Positions 10,963-20,457 of a DNA stretch of 64,000 nucleotides are shown here, one piece after another. The stretch spans positions 1,248,001 to 1,312,000 of the forward strand of contig OY761556.1 in the NCBI GenBank assembly GCA_963664705.1. Direction: 5' to 3'. The stretch comes from Acidobacteriota bacterium (GTDB taxonomy: Bacteria; Acidobacteriota; UBA6911). The stretch's first letter is position 1. Each line of letters opens with the position of its first letter. The notes beneath the pieces are model-generated. The model was not told the DNA's origin, searched no databases, and worked only from the letters and a program-made list of their open reading frames with translations. A program made the position numbers and the translations under genes.

Positions 10963-11643
10963 ATGGGACAAATCAATATCGTAGAGCTGTGGAGTTCAAT
11001 GGGCGGGATCGCCAAGGGTGTTGTGATCCTTCTTCTCATTCTGTCGGCCTACTCGATCAGTGTCATGGTTGAGCGGTGGCTTACATTTCGTCAGGCTCGC
11101 AAACAATCCAGACTGTTCACCCCGGCAGTAGCAGAATGCTTGAAAGATGGAAAACTGGACGAAGCCATTTCTCTCGGCGAACAATACAACAAAAGCCATC
11201 TGGCCAAGGTTCTCGTGTCCGGATTGCATGAACTCCAGGCTCACAAAAAGAGCAATGACATTCCTGGTGAAACCATTGAGGCTTCCCGGCGCGCTCTTGA
11301 GAGAGCAACCGCAGTCTGCATCGAAGACCTGAAGAGAGGTCTTGGCGGATTGGCAACAATCGGTTCGACGGCTCCTTTCGTGGGTCTGTTCGGAACCACC
11401 ATCGGTATCATCAACGCGTTCACCGGTATGAAGACTGAAGAAACAGCCGGTATCGCAGCGGTCGCCGGCGGTATCGCTGAAGCGCTCGTCACCACCGCAT
11501 TCGGTCTGCTCGTCGCGGTCCCCGCAGTGTGGGCGTACAACGCATTTACAAACAGAGTGGAAACATTCACGGTTGAGATGGATAACTCTTCTTCAGAGCT
11601 GATCGATTATTTCTTGAAGAAACGGAGCGATGCTCGTGGCTAA
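10963..11643 (+). CDS. exbB: MotA/TolQ/ExbB proton channel protein
   Basis: LATIGSTAPFVGLFGTTIGII..GGIAEALVTTAFGLLVAVPA. Confidence 0.92.
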   Translation: MGQINIVELWSSMGGIAKGVVILLLILSAYSISVMVERWLTFRQARKQSRLFTPAVAECLKDGKLDEAISLGEQYNKSHLAKVLVSGLHELQAHKKSNDIPGETIEASRRALERATAVCIEDLKRGLGGLATIGSTAPFVGLFGTTIGIINAFTGMKTEETAGIAAVAGGIAEALVTTAFGLLVAVPAVWAYNAFTNRVETFTVEMDNSSSELIDYFLKKRSDARG

Positions 11644-12055
11644 ACACAGATCAAAAAGCAGTGTGGTCGCTGACATCAACGTCACGCCAATGGCGGATGT
11701 CATGCTGGTGCTGCTGATCATCTTCATGATCACGACACCCCTACTGCAGAGCGGTATCACCGTGAACCTTCCCAAGGCTAAGAACCCTCTGGATGCTCCA
11801 GAGGCGGATAGCAAGGAAGCGGTGGTCGTTGCCATGAATCGCGAGGGGAGACTCTTTCTCGCAAAGAAGCAGATCAGTGAACAGGATCTGTACGAATTTC
11901 TCCTCAAGAAGTTTTCAAGTGGCGAGATTAACCGTACCATTTTCCTGAAAGCGGATACGGCTTTGGCCTATGGCCGCGTCGTGGAAATTGTCAACGGTTG
12001 CCGCAGGTCGGGAGTCGAACGCATCGGCTTGATGGCTGAAAAAGAAAAGGAATAG
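11630..12055 (+). CDS. exbD: ExbD/TolR family protein
   Basis: DINVTPMADVMLVLLIIFMITTP; KAD..YG.V motif. Confidence 0.92.
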   Translation: MLVAKHRSKSSVVADINVTPMADVMLVLLIIFMITTPLLQSGITVNLPKAKNPLDAPEADSKEAVVVAMNREGRLFLAKKQISEQDLYEFLLKKFSSGEINRTIFLKADTALAYGRVVEIVNGCRRSGVERIGLMAEKEKE

Positions 12056-12057
12056 AA

Positions 12058-12230
12058 AGTAAACACCTCTGATTCGTCAGGGGTGTTTACTGCAGTTGTC
12101 GGCAGTTCAGGACTTTGCCTTCTGTAATAATCGACAATCCGGCTGTCGGGCTGGCAGTGCCGAGTAGATCGGTCTGCTGGCACAATAGCCGGCGGTGTCC
12201 GGGGCGGTATCAGAAATAGCGCTCCGCCTG
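12058..12230 (+). other. Structured intergenic region (multi-hairpin, candidate cis-RNA)
   Basis: 15-bp stem AGTAAACACCTCTGA-TTCG-TCAGGGGTGTTTACT (12058-12091), a long interrupted stem at 12139-12192, and further stems. Confidence 0.5.
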
Positions 12231-12302
12231 CGTCGACCAATCAGAACAGCAATAAGGAAAAGTTGATAAGCCTGACTGTTGTAAACGAGAGAGGGATCCA
12301 CT

Positions 12303-12722
12303 ATGTCAATGCAAGTTGGTACCAAGGGAGGGCCCAAGTCGGATATCAATATTACCCCATATATTGATATTCTGCTCGTGCTCCTCATCATTTTCATGGT
12401 CATCACGCCCGTTCGTCAGATGGACTTGGACGTTAAAGTGCCTCAGACTTCTGATGACTCTGCTAACAAGAATACTGCTATTGATCCCAGCGTGATTGTC
12501 GTTTCAGTCGGTGAATCCGCGCAGATCGCGATCAACAACGAACAAACGACGATCTCCCAATTGGGATCTAAGCTCCAGGAGATCTACAGCAAGCGGGCGA
12601 ACAAGAATATGTTCATCAGCGCTAGTGCAAAGTTGCCTTATGGTGATGTGGTCCGAGTGATCGATATCGCCAAAGGGGCCGGTGTGGGAGATGTCGGTTT
12701 GCTAACGGAAGAAATCCGTTAG
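12303..12722 (+). CDS. exbD: Second ExbD/TolR family protein
   Basis: SDINITPYIDILLVLLIIFMVITP; YGDVVRVIDIAKGAGV. Confidence 0.9.
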   Translation: MSMQVGTKGGPKSDINITPYIDILLVLLIIFMVITPVRQMDLDVKVPQTSDDSANKNTAIDPSVIVVSVGESAQIAINNEQTTISQLGSKLQEIYSKRANKNMFISASAKLPYGDVVRVIDIAKGAGVGDVGLLTEEIR

Positions 12723-12768
12723 GACGCCCAAACTCGCACTCAATTTAACTTATAGAATGGAGGCCACA

Positions 12769-13575
12769 ATGAGGCTCAATTCGAAGTGGCTAGCCGTCCT
12801 GCTTATTCTGGCAATGGTTCCTTTGGCGGGTTGCAGTTTTATGAACAAACTGCAGGCCAGGGACAAGCTGAATAAGGGAGTCAAGGCGTTTACCGATCAG
12901 AAGTACGATGCCGCCGCCCAATTCTTCGAACAGGCTGTAGAATTGGACCCGGATTTCGAAACTTCCAGAATGTATCTGGCGACCTCTTATACGTCCCAGT
13001 TCATTCCCGGTTCCTCCGATCCTAAAAGCGAAGAGATGGCCAAAAAAGGCATCGAAACCTTTAAACAGGTGGTAGAGAACGCCAAGGATCCGGCTAACCC
13101 CAACAAAAAGACTGCGATGCTCAGCATCGCCAGCCTTTATTACCAGTTGAAGAAGTACCCCGAATCCAAGGAATGGTGCAATAACGTTCTTAAAATCGAT
13201 CCTCAGAATGCGGAAGCTTACTACCGCATCGCTGTTATCGATTTTGACGATTCTTTGGAGAAGACGGGTGTCCAGGGCGAATTGGTTGAGATGATGACAC
13301 CGGAAGAGAGAACAAGGGTCGTAACCGGTATCGATGAAGGTGTTGCCAGCCTCGCCAAGGCGCTTGAAATACGCCCGACGTACTTCGACGCAATGGAATA
13401 TCAGAACCTTCTCTGGAGAGAAAAAGCCAAGTTTGAAAAAGATGAGGCCAAGAAGGCTGATCTGATCCGCCAGGCAGATCTGGTTTCGCAGAAGGCTCTT
13501 GCTCTGAAGCTGAAAGCTCAGCAGGAAGAGGCTGCGGCACCGAAAAAGCTCGGTGGGCTGGGCAAAAAGCAGTAA
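12769..13575 (+). CDS. TPR-repeat lipoprotein
   Basis: GGAGG RBS, signal peptide with lipobox LAGC, TPR-like repeats (AAQFFEQAVELDP, VLKIDPQNAEAYY, LAKALEIRP). Confidence 0.8.
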   Translation: MRLNSKWLAVLLILAMVPLAGCSFMNKLQARDKLNKGVKAFTDQKYDAAAQFFEQAVELDPDFETSRMYLATSYTSQFIPGSSDPKSEEMAKKGIETFKQVVENAKDPANPNKKTAMLSIASLYYQLKKYPESKEWCNNVLKIDPQNAEAYYRIAVIDFDDSLEKTGVQGELVEMMTPEERTRVVTGIDEGVASLAKALEIRPTYFDAMEYQNLLWREKAKFEKDEAKKADLIRQADLVSQKALALKLKAQQEEAAAPKKLGGLGKKQ

Positions 13576-13598
13576 CAACTCCAGAATATCTGAATATG

Positions 13599-13632
13599 AA
13601 AAGGGGCGGGAATTTTTTCGCCCCTTTTTTTA
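13599..13632 (+). terminator. Rho-independent terminator
   Basis: AAAAGGGGCG..CGCCCCTTTTTTT directly after the TPR gene. Confidence 0.8.
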
Positions 13633-13791
13633 TGCGTGGACCATCGGACGTGCCCGTGCCCTCTCCCATGGGAGATGGCGATTGTGCGGCGCGCCATCTC
13701 AAATCGTGGCCGTCCAGGACTTCCTGTCGGTCAATGGCCCTTTCGCGATTCGCCCGATGTATCCTATAATCATCGTGAGCACACGATTTCA

Positions 13792-15957
13792 ATGATACGT
13801 TACGAGGACCTGGCAGAAAAAGTTGCCCGCTATCATCCCGGTGCCCCAATCGAACTGATTCAGCGGGGCTACGTGGTGTCCGCCAAATACCATAAAGGGC
13901 AGCTGCGGATGAACGGAGAACCGTATCTGACCCATCCGCTCGAAGTCGCAAATATCCTCGCCGAACTCAAGCTCGACGCCATTACGGTCACCGCCGGGCT
14001 CCTGCATGACGTACTCGAAGATACCCTGATGACTCCCGAAGAACTTCGGAAGCAATTTGGAGACGAAGTCTTCCTTCTTGTCGATGGAGTCACCAAGATT
14101 GCCCAGGTTTCGCTTACCTCCAGACAACAGAAACAGGCGGAGAATTTCCGTAAAATGTTGCTCGCCATGGTTGGCGACATCCGCGTCCTCTTCGTAAAGC
14201 TCGCGGACCGGCTGCACAACATGCGCACCCTGCAGTACCTCCGACCTGATAAGAGAGAGCGCATTTCACTCGAAACGCTCGATATCTATGCGCCGCTGGC
14301 CCATCGACTGGGCATGGCCAAGATTCGCGGCGAACTGGAGGACCTTTCCTTCAGTTTCCTGGAACCGGAGGCCTATCAGAATACGGTCGCGCTCATCGAA
14401 GCCCGCAGAGCCGTTAATCAGGATTTTGTGCTGGAGGCGGAGCGGACCATCGCCAGGGAACTGGCGGAACATAAAATCCCGGCCAAACTGGAGAGCCGCA
14501 CAAAACGCATTTACGGCGTCTACAGCAAAATGAAACGGCAGAAGATATCAATCGATGAGGTCTTCGATTTTATCGCCATCCGGGTGATCACAGACAGTGT
14601 GAGGAACTGCTACAGCATCCTGGGCATTCTCCACACCCTCTGGAAGCCGGTCCCTGGACGAATCAAGGATTACATCGCAATCCCTCGCCCCAACCTCTAT
14701 CAGTCGCTCCATACCTCCGTGATCGGACGAAACGGCCAGCCCTTTGAAATTCAGATCCGTACCCAGGAAATGCACCGGATCGCCGAAGAGGGGATCGCCG
14801 CACACTGGAAGTATAAGGAAGGCAGACTCGGGACGGCGGAAGGGGAGGAGCAATTCCGTTGGCTCCGCCAGTTGATCGAATCCCAGCGGGATATCAGCGA
14901 TCCGCGGGAGTTTCTCAGCAATCTCAAGGTCGATCTTTACCCGGACGAAGTCTATTGCTTTACGCCCAAGGGCGAAGTCATCACGCTGCCGCGCGATGCA
15001 ACGCCGGTCGATTTTGCCTACGAGATTCATACCGAGGTGGGGCACCACTGCATTGGCGCCAAAGTCAATGCGCGCATCGTCCCGCTCCGGCATAAGCTGC
15101 GGAATGGTGAGATTGTCGAGGTCGTCACATCCAAGGATGCATTTCCCAGCCGCGAATGGCTGTCCTTTGTGAAAACAGCCAGAGCCCGGGGGAAAATCAA
15201 ACATTGGATTAACCAGCGCGAAAAGGAAGATGCCTCCGAACTGGGCCTCAAACTCATGGCAAAAGAGGCACGCCGGTTCAAAACAAGCTGGCGCAAAGTT
15301 TTGTGCATGAGCGAACTCCCGCAAGTCTTGGCCAAATGCGGCTTGCAGAAGCCCGAGGATATCTACCCGGCAGTGGGTTTCGGCACCCTGGCCCCGCGCC
15401 AGATCCTTTCCTTCCTTTTCCCCGATATTTCCCCCGCCTCGGAGATGGAAGCGAAATCCTCCGTAATTCCTGCAGTCGTGCGCAGGGTGCTTAAGCAGGG
15501 CGAATCGCCCATCACCATCAAAGGGCAGGACGGGCTTCTTGTCTATCGAGCCAAATGCTGCAACCCGATCCGCGGAGACGAAATCGTCGGCTATATCACC
15601 CGGGGCAAAGGCATTGCCGTGCACACAAATTCGTGCCCATACCTGGCCAATTTCCTTGGGTCGGATCGAATCACCGATGTGGAGTGGGTCAGCTCATCCG
15701 AAGATGAAATATTTGTAGTTCGACTCGAAATTGAAGTGGAAGACCGGCAGGGAATTCTCGCCGATATCGTGTCGGTGATCTCAAACCTGAAGACAAATAT
15801 CCGGGATTCCCGTTCCACCAGCGACTCCGGGTCCGGGAAGGGAACCGTCGAAATCACGGTCGATGTTGCCGATACGCGGCAGCTGCAGAAAGTCATCCAT
15901 GAACTCAAATCCATTCGCGGCATTCAAAACGTCGAGCGCGTGAATCAAATACCGTAG
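13792..15957 (+). CDS. rel: Bifunctional (p)ppGpp synthetase/hydrolase (long RSH)
   Basis: GEPYLTHP, LLHDVLEDT hydrolase, KLADRLHNMRTL, RIKDY (RxKD), YQSLHT, TGS, CC zinc-finger and ACT domains; start at ATG 13792. Confidence 0.95.
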   Translation: MIRYEDLAEKVARYHPGAPIELIQRGYVVSAKYHKGQLRMNGEPYLTHPLEVANILAELKLDAITVTAGLLHDVLEDTLMTPEELRKQFGDEVFLLVDGVTKIAQVSLTSRQQKQAENFRKMLLAMVGDIRVLFVKLADRLHNMRTLQYLRPDKRERISLETLDIYAPLAHRLGMAKIRGELEDLSFSFLEPEAYQNTVALIEARRAVNQDFVLEAERTIARELAEHKIPAKLESRTKRIYGVYSKMKRQKISIDEVFDFIAIRVITDSVRNCYSILGILHTLWKPVPGRIKDYIAIPRPNLYQSLHTSVIGRNGQPFEIQIRTQEMHRIAEEGIAAHWKYKEGRLGTAEGEEQFRWLRQLIESQRDISDPREFLSNLKVDLYPDEVYCFTPKGEVITLPRDATPVDFAYEIHTEVGHHCIGAKVNARIVPLRHKLRNGEIVEVVTSKDAFPSREWLSFVKTARARGKIKHWINQREKEDASELGLKLMAKEARRFKTSWRKVLCMSELPQVLAKCGLQKPEDIYPAVGFGTLAPRQILSFLFPDISPASEMEAKSSVIPAVVRRVLKQGESPITIKGQDGLLVYRAKCCNPIRGDEIVGYITRGKGIAVHTNSCPYLANFLGSDRITDVEWVSSSEDEIFVVRLEIEVEDRQGILADIVSVISNLKTNIRDSRSTSDSGSGKGTVEITVDVADTRQLQKVIHELKSIRGIQNVERVNQIP

Positions 15958-16034
15958 GATTTCGGATTCCAGATTTCAGATTCCAGATTCCAGATTTCGG
16001 ATTTCAGATTTCAGATTTCAGATTTTAGATTGGA
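15958..16034. repeat. Tandem heptamer array (GATTYCR)n, about 11 units
   Basis: GATTTCG GATTCCA GATTTCA GATTCCA GATTCCA GATTTCG GATTTCA GATTTCA GATTTCA GATTTTA GATTGGA, starting right after the rel stop codon. Confidence 0.9.
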
Positions 16035-16048
16035 ATTGCGGGGTACCC

Positions 16049-16426
16049 ATGAAAGAAAGTATTGAAACAAAAAACGCGCCGGCACCGATCGGGCCGTATT
16101 CGCAGGCTATGCGGGTGAATGGTTTGGTTTTCGTTTCAGGCCAGATCCCCCTGAATCCCGAGACCGGGCAGATCGTTGATGGAGGCATTATTCCACAGAC
16201 GCACCAGGTGATCCGGAATCTTGCCGCCATTCTGGAGGCGTCGGGAACAGGCCTTCACAATGTAGTGAAGACAACAGTCTTCCTCACCAATCTTGATGAT
16301 TTTTCCGAGTTCAACCGTGTATACGGGGAATACTTCGCGGAATCAAAACCCGCCCGCGCAACCGTTCAGGTTGCGCGTTTGCCCAGGGAAGCTCTGGTGG
16401 AAGTAGAAGCTATCGCGGCGAGCTAG
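16049..16426 (+). CDS. ridA: RidA/YjgF family enamine deaminase
   Basis: APAPIGPYSQA, VSGQIP, VVKTTVFL, PARATVQVARLP, VEVEAIA. Confidence 0.93.
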   Translation: MKESIETKNAPAPIGPYSQAMRVNGLVFVSGQIPLNPETGQIVDGGIIPQTHQVIRNLAAILEASGTGLHNVVKTTVFLTNLDDFSEFNRVYGEYFAESKPARATVQVARLPREALVEVEAIAAS

Positions 16427-16614
16427 ATGGCCTTCTGGACCTTGCCGGACCGCAGGCATCGCGTACAGACGCGCACGCGCTTTACCGAGCCATTCTCCAC
16501 AATACGGATGCTCTGGAGATTTGGATAGAACTTCCGCGGACGTACGTTATGGGCATGGGAGATCGTACGGCCAAAAATAGGACTCTTTGCACAAACATGA
16601 CACTGCATCGGCAT
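16423..16614 (-). CDS. rpmB: 50S ribosomal protein L28 (Zn-binding form)
   Basis: MPMQCHVCAKSPIFGRTISHAHNVRPRKFYPNLQ..RVCTRCLRSGKV. Confidence 0.93.
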   Translation of the reverse strand: MPMQCHVCAKSPIFGRTISHAHNVRPRKFYPNLQSIRIVENGSVKRVRVCTRCLRSGKVQKAI

Positions 16615-16736
16615 AAAATTCACTCCCGTTAAAGCCGCAAATACTATCAATCATTGGGCCTATAGTCAATAGTCGTCAGCAGCCAGTATTCAGTATTCGA
16701 CATTTTTTCTTCCGGATGCCTGCCGGCTGCCGCCGA

Positions 16737-17537
16737 CTAAACAATATCTTCTCCGCCGTCGACTCGAATGATGTTTCCCGTAACCCATGTCGAATCACAC
16801 ATCGCCAGGGAAACCAGGACCTCCGCCACATCCTCTGGCACCGTAAGTCTTTTCCCCGGATTGGATTCCAGGGCCCGGGCGAACATCTGTTCACTTCCCG
16901 GAATCCGCCGGGCGGCAGGAGTGTCGGTGACGCCGGCCTGGATGGCATTCACCGAGATTCCCAAACCAGACAATTCCACCGCCAGCTGCCGGACATGCGA
17001 CTCCAGTGCGGCTTTGGCGGCGGAAACGGCTCCATAAGTGGGCCAGACGCGGTGGCTGCCGGCGCTGGTCATGGCAAATATTTTGGCGCCCTTTTTAAGC
17101 AGCCCTGCCTGCATCAGATCCTGCGTCCAGTACAACAGGCTGTTTGCCATGACATCCAGCGTCATGGTCATATCGGCCGGCTTGATCGCTGAATTGGAAT
17201 CCTGGGCGATATACGGCTTCAGGGTGCCAAAAGCGAGCGAATGCAGCATCAGGGCAATCCCGCTGTCCGAGGCAGCGCTCAAGGCAGGCTTACAGGCGGA
17301 GATGATTTCGGCCCGCCGTTCCGGGTCGGCTGCATTGGCGTTGAAAAAAAGCGCTTCCTGTCCCCGGGCACGTATCTCGGCGATGGTTTTTTCGGCGTTA
17401 GGCATGGTTGCCCTTCGATCCAGATGAACTCCGATGATATCGAAACCGCTTCGAGCCAGCGCTATTGCCGTAGCCGCTCCGAACCCGCTCGATACGCCCA
17501 GGATCAATGCCCATTTTCTTGAGGTGCTTTCCGTCAC
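16737..17537 (-). CDS. SDR oxidoreductase, FabL/FabI-like enoyl-ACP reductase
   Basis: LILGVSSGFG Rossmann motif, Y-x6-K (YGAVSAAK) spacing typical of enoyl reductases, C-terminal VDGG. Confidence 0.7.
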   Translation of the reverse strand: MTESTSRKWALILGVSSGFGAATAIALARSGFDIIGVHLDRRATMPNAEKTIAEIRARGQEALFFNANAADPERRAEIISACKPALSAASDSGIALMLHSLAFGTLKPYIAQDSNSAIKPADMTMTLDVMANSLLYWTQDLMQAGLLKKGAKIFAMTSAGSHRVWPTYGAVSAAKAALESHVRQLAVELSGLGISVNAIQAGVTDTPAARRIPGSEQMFARALESNPGKRLTVPEDVAEVLVSLAMCDSTWVTGNIIRVDGGEDIV

Positions 17538-17812
17538 AGAATCCTCCGTCAGGTTTGGTTGCAGAATACAGGATACAAGATACGGGCCGCGGGGCCAAAG
17601 CCATCACGACAGCCGAAGCTGATTTTTCTGTACCCCGAAGATTGTTGGCCGACGACTCCCTGCTGACTCCGGGCGCCCTCCGTGGTAGGATAGCCACTCG
17701 AAAAAATAAAACATGGCTTTGATACATTTTGTTGCTCAAATCCGCATTCCCCGATTAGATACATTGCGGGGAAGCCGGGAAATTACACCACAATCGGAAG
17801 GGAAATAGCGTG

Positions 17813-18853
17813 ATGGCAGACGAGCGGGTCAGTAAAAATAAAGCAATCGATATGGCTCTGACGCAGATAGAAAAGCAGTTCGGGAAGGGCTCCATCATGC
17901 GTCTCGGCGATCGCGTCGATACGGTTGGCATCCAATCCATTCCCACCGGGTGCATTTCCTTCGATGCAGCGCTCGGAGTGGGTGGTTTTCCCAAAGGGCG
18001 CGTGGTGGAAATCTACGGCCCGGAATCGGGCGGAAAAACGACGATTGCCCTGCATGCCATTGCACAGGCGCAAAAGATCGGAGGAACCGCCGCATTCATC
18101 GACGCCGAGCACGCTATGGATTCCAATTATGCCAAGATGCTGGGCGTGGATACCGATGAGTTGCTGGTTTCGCAGCCCGACAGCGGCGAGCAGGCGCTCG
18201 AGATAGCCGAGGTCCTGGTGCGAAGCGGCGCGATCGATATCCTTGTGGTGGACTCGGTGGCCGCCCTGGTCCCCAAAGCTGAACTGGAAGGGGAAATGGG
18301 CGATTCGCTCCCTGGCCTGCAGGCGCGCCTGATGTCGCAAGCCTTGCGCAAACTGACGGCCATCGTTGCCAAATCGAATACCTGCATGGTCTTCATCAAT
18401 CAGATCCGTGAGAAGATCGGCGTCATGTTCGGTAACCCCGAAACCACCACCGGCGGTCGCGCCCTCAAATTTTATTCATCCATCCGTGTGGATATCCGGC
18501 GTATCGGTTCGATCAAAGAAGGCGATGTGGTAGTCGGCAGCCGGACGCGAGTGAAGATAGTGAAAAACAAAATGGCGCCGCCATTCCGCGAGGCCGAGTT
18601 CGACATCATGTATAACCAGGGCATTTCCTATGAAGGAGATCTGATCGATCAGGCTGTGGACAAAAAGCTGGTTGAAAAGAGCGGTGCATGGTTTTCCTAC
18701 AAGGGCGAACGGCTCGGGCAGGGACGGGAAAATGCCAAGCAGTTCATTCGCGAGCATCCCGATATCGCCGAAACCTTGAATACAAAACTGCGTGAACTGC
18801 TCGGTTTGATCAAACCCGCGGTGGCAGCCGCGGCAGAGAAGCCTAAATCCTAG
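17813..18853 (+). CDS. recA: Recombinase A
   Basis: [15 protein letters not shown], Walker [31 protein letters not shown]. Confidence 0.98.
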   Translation: MADERVSKNKAIDMALTQIEKQFGKGSIMRLGDRVDTVGIQSIPTGCISFDAALGVGGFPKGRVVEIYGPESGGKTTIALHAIAQAQKIGGTAAFIDAEHAMDSNYAKMLGVDTDELLVSQPDSGEQALEIAEVLVRSGAIDILVVDSVAALVPKAELEGEMGDSLPGLQARLMSQALRKLTAIVAKSNTCMVFINQIREKIGVMFGNPETTTGGRALKFYSSIRVDIRRIGSIKEGDVVVGSRTRVKIVKNKMAPPFREAEFDIMYNQGISYEGDLIDQAVDKKLVEKSGAWFSYKGERLGQGRENAKQFIREHPDIAETLNTKLRELLGLIKPAVAAAAEKPKS

Positions 18854-18879
18854 ATTTTTAACCGGGCACGCCAGGTTTC

Positions 18880-19050
18880 CGCCTAATGCCGCATACTCTA
18901 AGCCTGCGACGCGAGTGAAGCAGCCGGTCCAGAGGGCCGAAAGCGAGTAGCCGGGGGTGAAGCGCAGCGAACCCCCGGATTGGGTTAGACCAGTAACAAG
19001 CCCCAAAGGGGCGGCAGAAGGCCCGATCTTTCGCTCCTGCCGGGGCTGGA
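18880..19050 (+). repeat. Dispersed REP/MITE-like element, copy 1
   Basis: CTAATGCCGCATA..GCGAGTGAAGCA..GAAAGCGAGTAGCCGGGGGTGA..ACCCCCGGATTGG..CCAGTAACAAGCCCC..GGCGGCAGAA; similar to the copies at 30800, 34701 and 52064. Confidence 0.85.
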
Positions 19051-19218
19051 TCGGGTTCGACCCAACGCAGGAATGATTGTCAACCTTTCTGATCGCCCTG
19101 GGGGTTGATATACATTGGCCAACCAGTCTGCTTTGACAAATAAGATGCAGCATTAGGGGATTCGTCGAGGCCTGGCTTTTAGCGCTGGAAAGTGGATTTG
19201 TCGTAGCCTACAATGAGT

Positions 19219-19595
19219 GCGCTGGAGCCGGCCAGGCAATCGCGGCCTGAAAAGGTCGAGGAAAGTCCGAACTCCACAGGGCAGTGTGCCTCGTAACGCG
19301 AGGGAGGGGCGACCCTACGGAAAGTGCCACAGAAAATATACCGCCTTGCATTTGCAGGGTAAGGGTGAAAAGGTGCGGTAAGAGCGCACCGCGTCCCTGG
19401 CAACAGGGATGGCAGGGCAAACCCCACACGGAGCAAGGTCAAATAGAAAAGCGATCCCGCAAGGGATTTAAGGGCGGCCCGTCCGACGCTTTTGGGTAGA
19501 CCGCTAGATCCCCGGAGTGATCCTGGGACAAGATGAATGATTGCCGTCCCTGCCATGCAGGGAAACAGAATTCGGCTTACGGGCGGCTCCAGCGC
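19219..19595 (+). ncRNA. rnpB: RNase P RNA (type A)
   Basis: GAGGAAAGTCCGAACTC, GGAAAGTGCCACAGAAA, GGTAAGAGCGCACC, ACAGAATTCGGCTTAC; P1 pairing GCGCTGGAGCCG/CGGCTCCAGCGC. Confidence 0.97.
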
Positions 19596-19644
19596 TTGCA
19601 ATTCCCGATTGGCGATTGCAGGTTCCAGTGATCCTCGCCGTGTG

Positions 19645-20457
19645 TCATTCGGCAGATTTGAGTTTGCCGAGAACCCGCCCGAATCGGACCCTGGCTTCAA
19701 ACTGAAGCGGTACTTTTTTGTCATCCGCCGAGAGCCAGATTTTGAACTGGCCACCCTCTTTGAATAGTCCACCCATCAGAGCCGCGGTGCTGACCTGCCA
19801 TGCCTCCCTTTTTCCGGACTGCGACTCGATTGTTTCCTTCTTTTCAACCAGGCTTCGAACTTCGCGGATCTTATCGTCATTGGCGAGGATATAGGTCTGG
19901 GTAAATTGATTGCGGAGCGGGAGTTGTCTGAACATGAACAATGCAGACAACGGGTCATGGACACACTCGGGAATGTTGTTTTTGGTCTCGTCCTTCCGCA
20001 CCTTCGGCGGCACGGTCGATTCGTCGACTTCCCGAATATGCAGCCGACCGGAGGATCGCAAATACTGTACGTCAATCTGACGTTTTCGTTTTCCTTCGCG
20101 TACCTTTTCCGAAGCGCTTAAAGTACAAAAAGTACCCGGCTCCGTGTGGAAGACGAATTCATCCTCGATCTTCATCCCCGAGATTTTCGCCAGGGTGCCG
20201 CTCGAGTTCGCCTTCAGACTCATCCTCGCAACTTGCCTTCCTTCCAGCTCCACATTTGCCGAATACTCGAGGGTCACTTCTCCCGCCTCCACCTTGGGCA
20301 TAAAGAAGAGATACCATGGAGGGTCCCATTGGATTTTGTAAACCAGCCGCTCCTCATCAGGCGCATTTGCATTGCTCTCCTGGCTTTGAAGGATCGTTGC
20401 CGGGGCGGAAGCAAGAAACAGAAAGCAGATCGCCCAGAGGATCTTAGATGCGTTCAT
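19645..20457 (-). CDS. DUF3108-like exported protein
   Basis: Signal peptide, ERLVYKIQW..AGEVTL, HDPLSALF, IWLSADDKKVPLQF; last gene of the LPS operon. Confidence 0.65.
   Translation of the reverse strand: MNASKILWAICFLFLASAPATILQSQESNANAPDEERLVYKIQWDPPWYLFFMPKVEAGEVTLEYSANVELEGRQVARMSLKANSSGTLAKISGMKIEDEFVFHTEPGTFCTLSASEKVREGKRKRQIDVQYLRSSGRLHIREVDESTVPPKVRKDETKNNIPECVHDPLSALFMFRQLPLRNQFTQTYILANDDKIREVRSLVEKKETIESQSGKREAWQVSTAALMGGLFKEGGQFKIWLSADDKKVPLQFEARVRFGRVLGKLKSAE

Noticed and set aside
13636-13791. N-terminal extensions in the ORF track (rel, IPT protein, argB, pheA, serA, TBDR, transposase)
   Set aside because: Recognisable protein sequence and RBS position favour downstream starts; the extensions run through intergenic or repeat DNA.
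15958-16034. Possible CRISPR or coding repeat
   Set aside because: Pure 7-bp tandem array with no spacers; the overlapping ORF is antisense to ridA.
17700-17810. SOS box upstream of recA (GATACATT twice; ATACAT also upstream of uvrA)
   Set aside because: No convincing match to LexA motifs I know (CTGT-N8-ACAG, GAAC-N4-GTTC, GTTC-N7-GTTC); the similarity is too short to support a call.
19179-19772. ORFs overlapping 19.2-19.6 kb
   Set aside because: The region is RNase P RNA; the ORFs are spurious.
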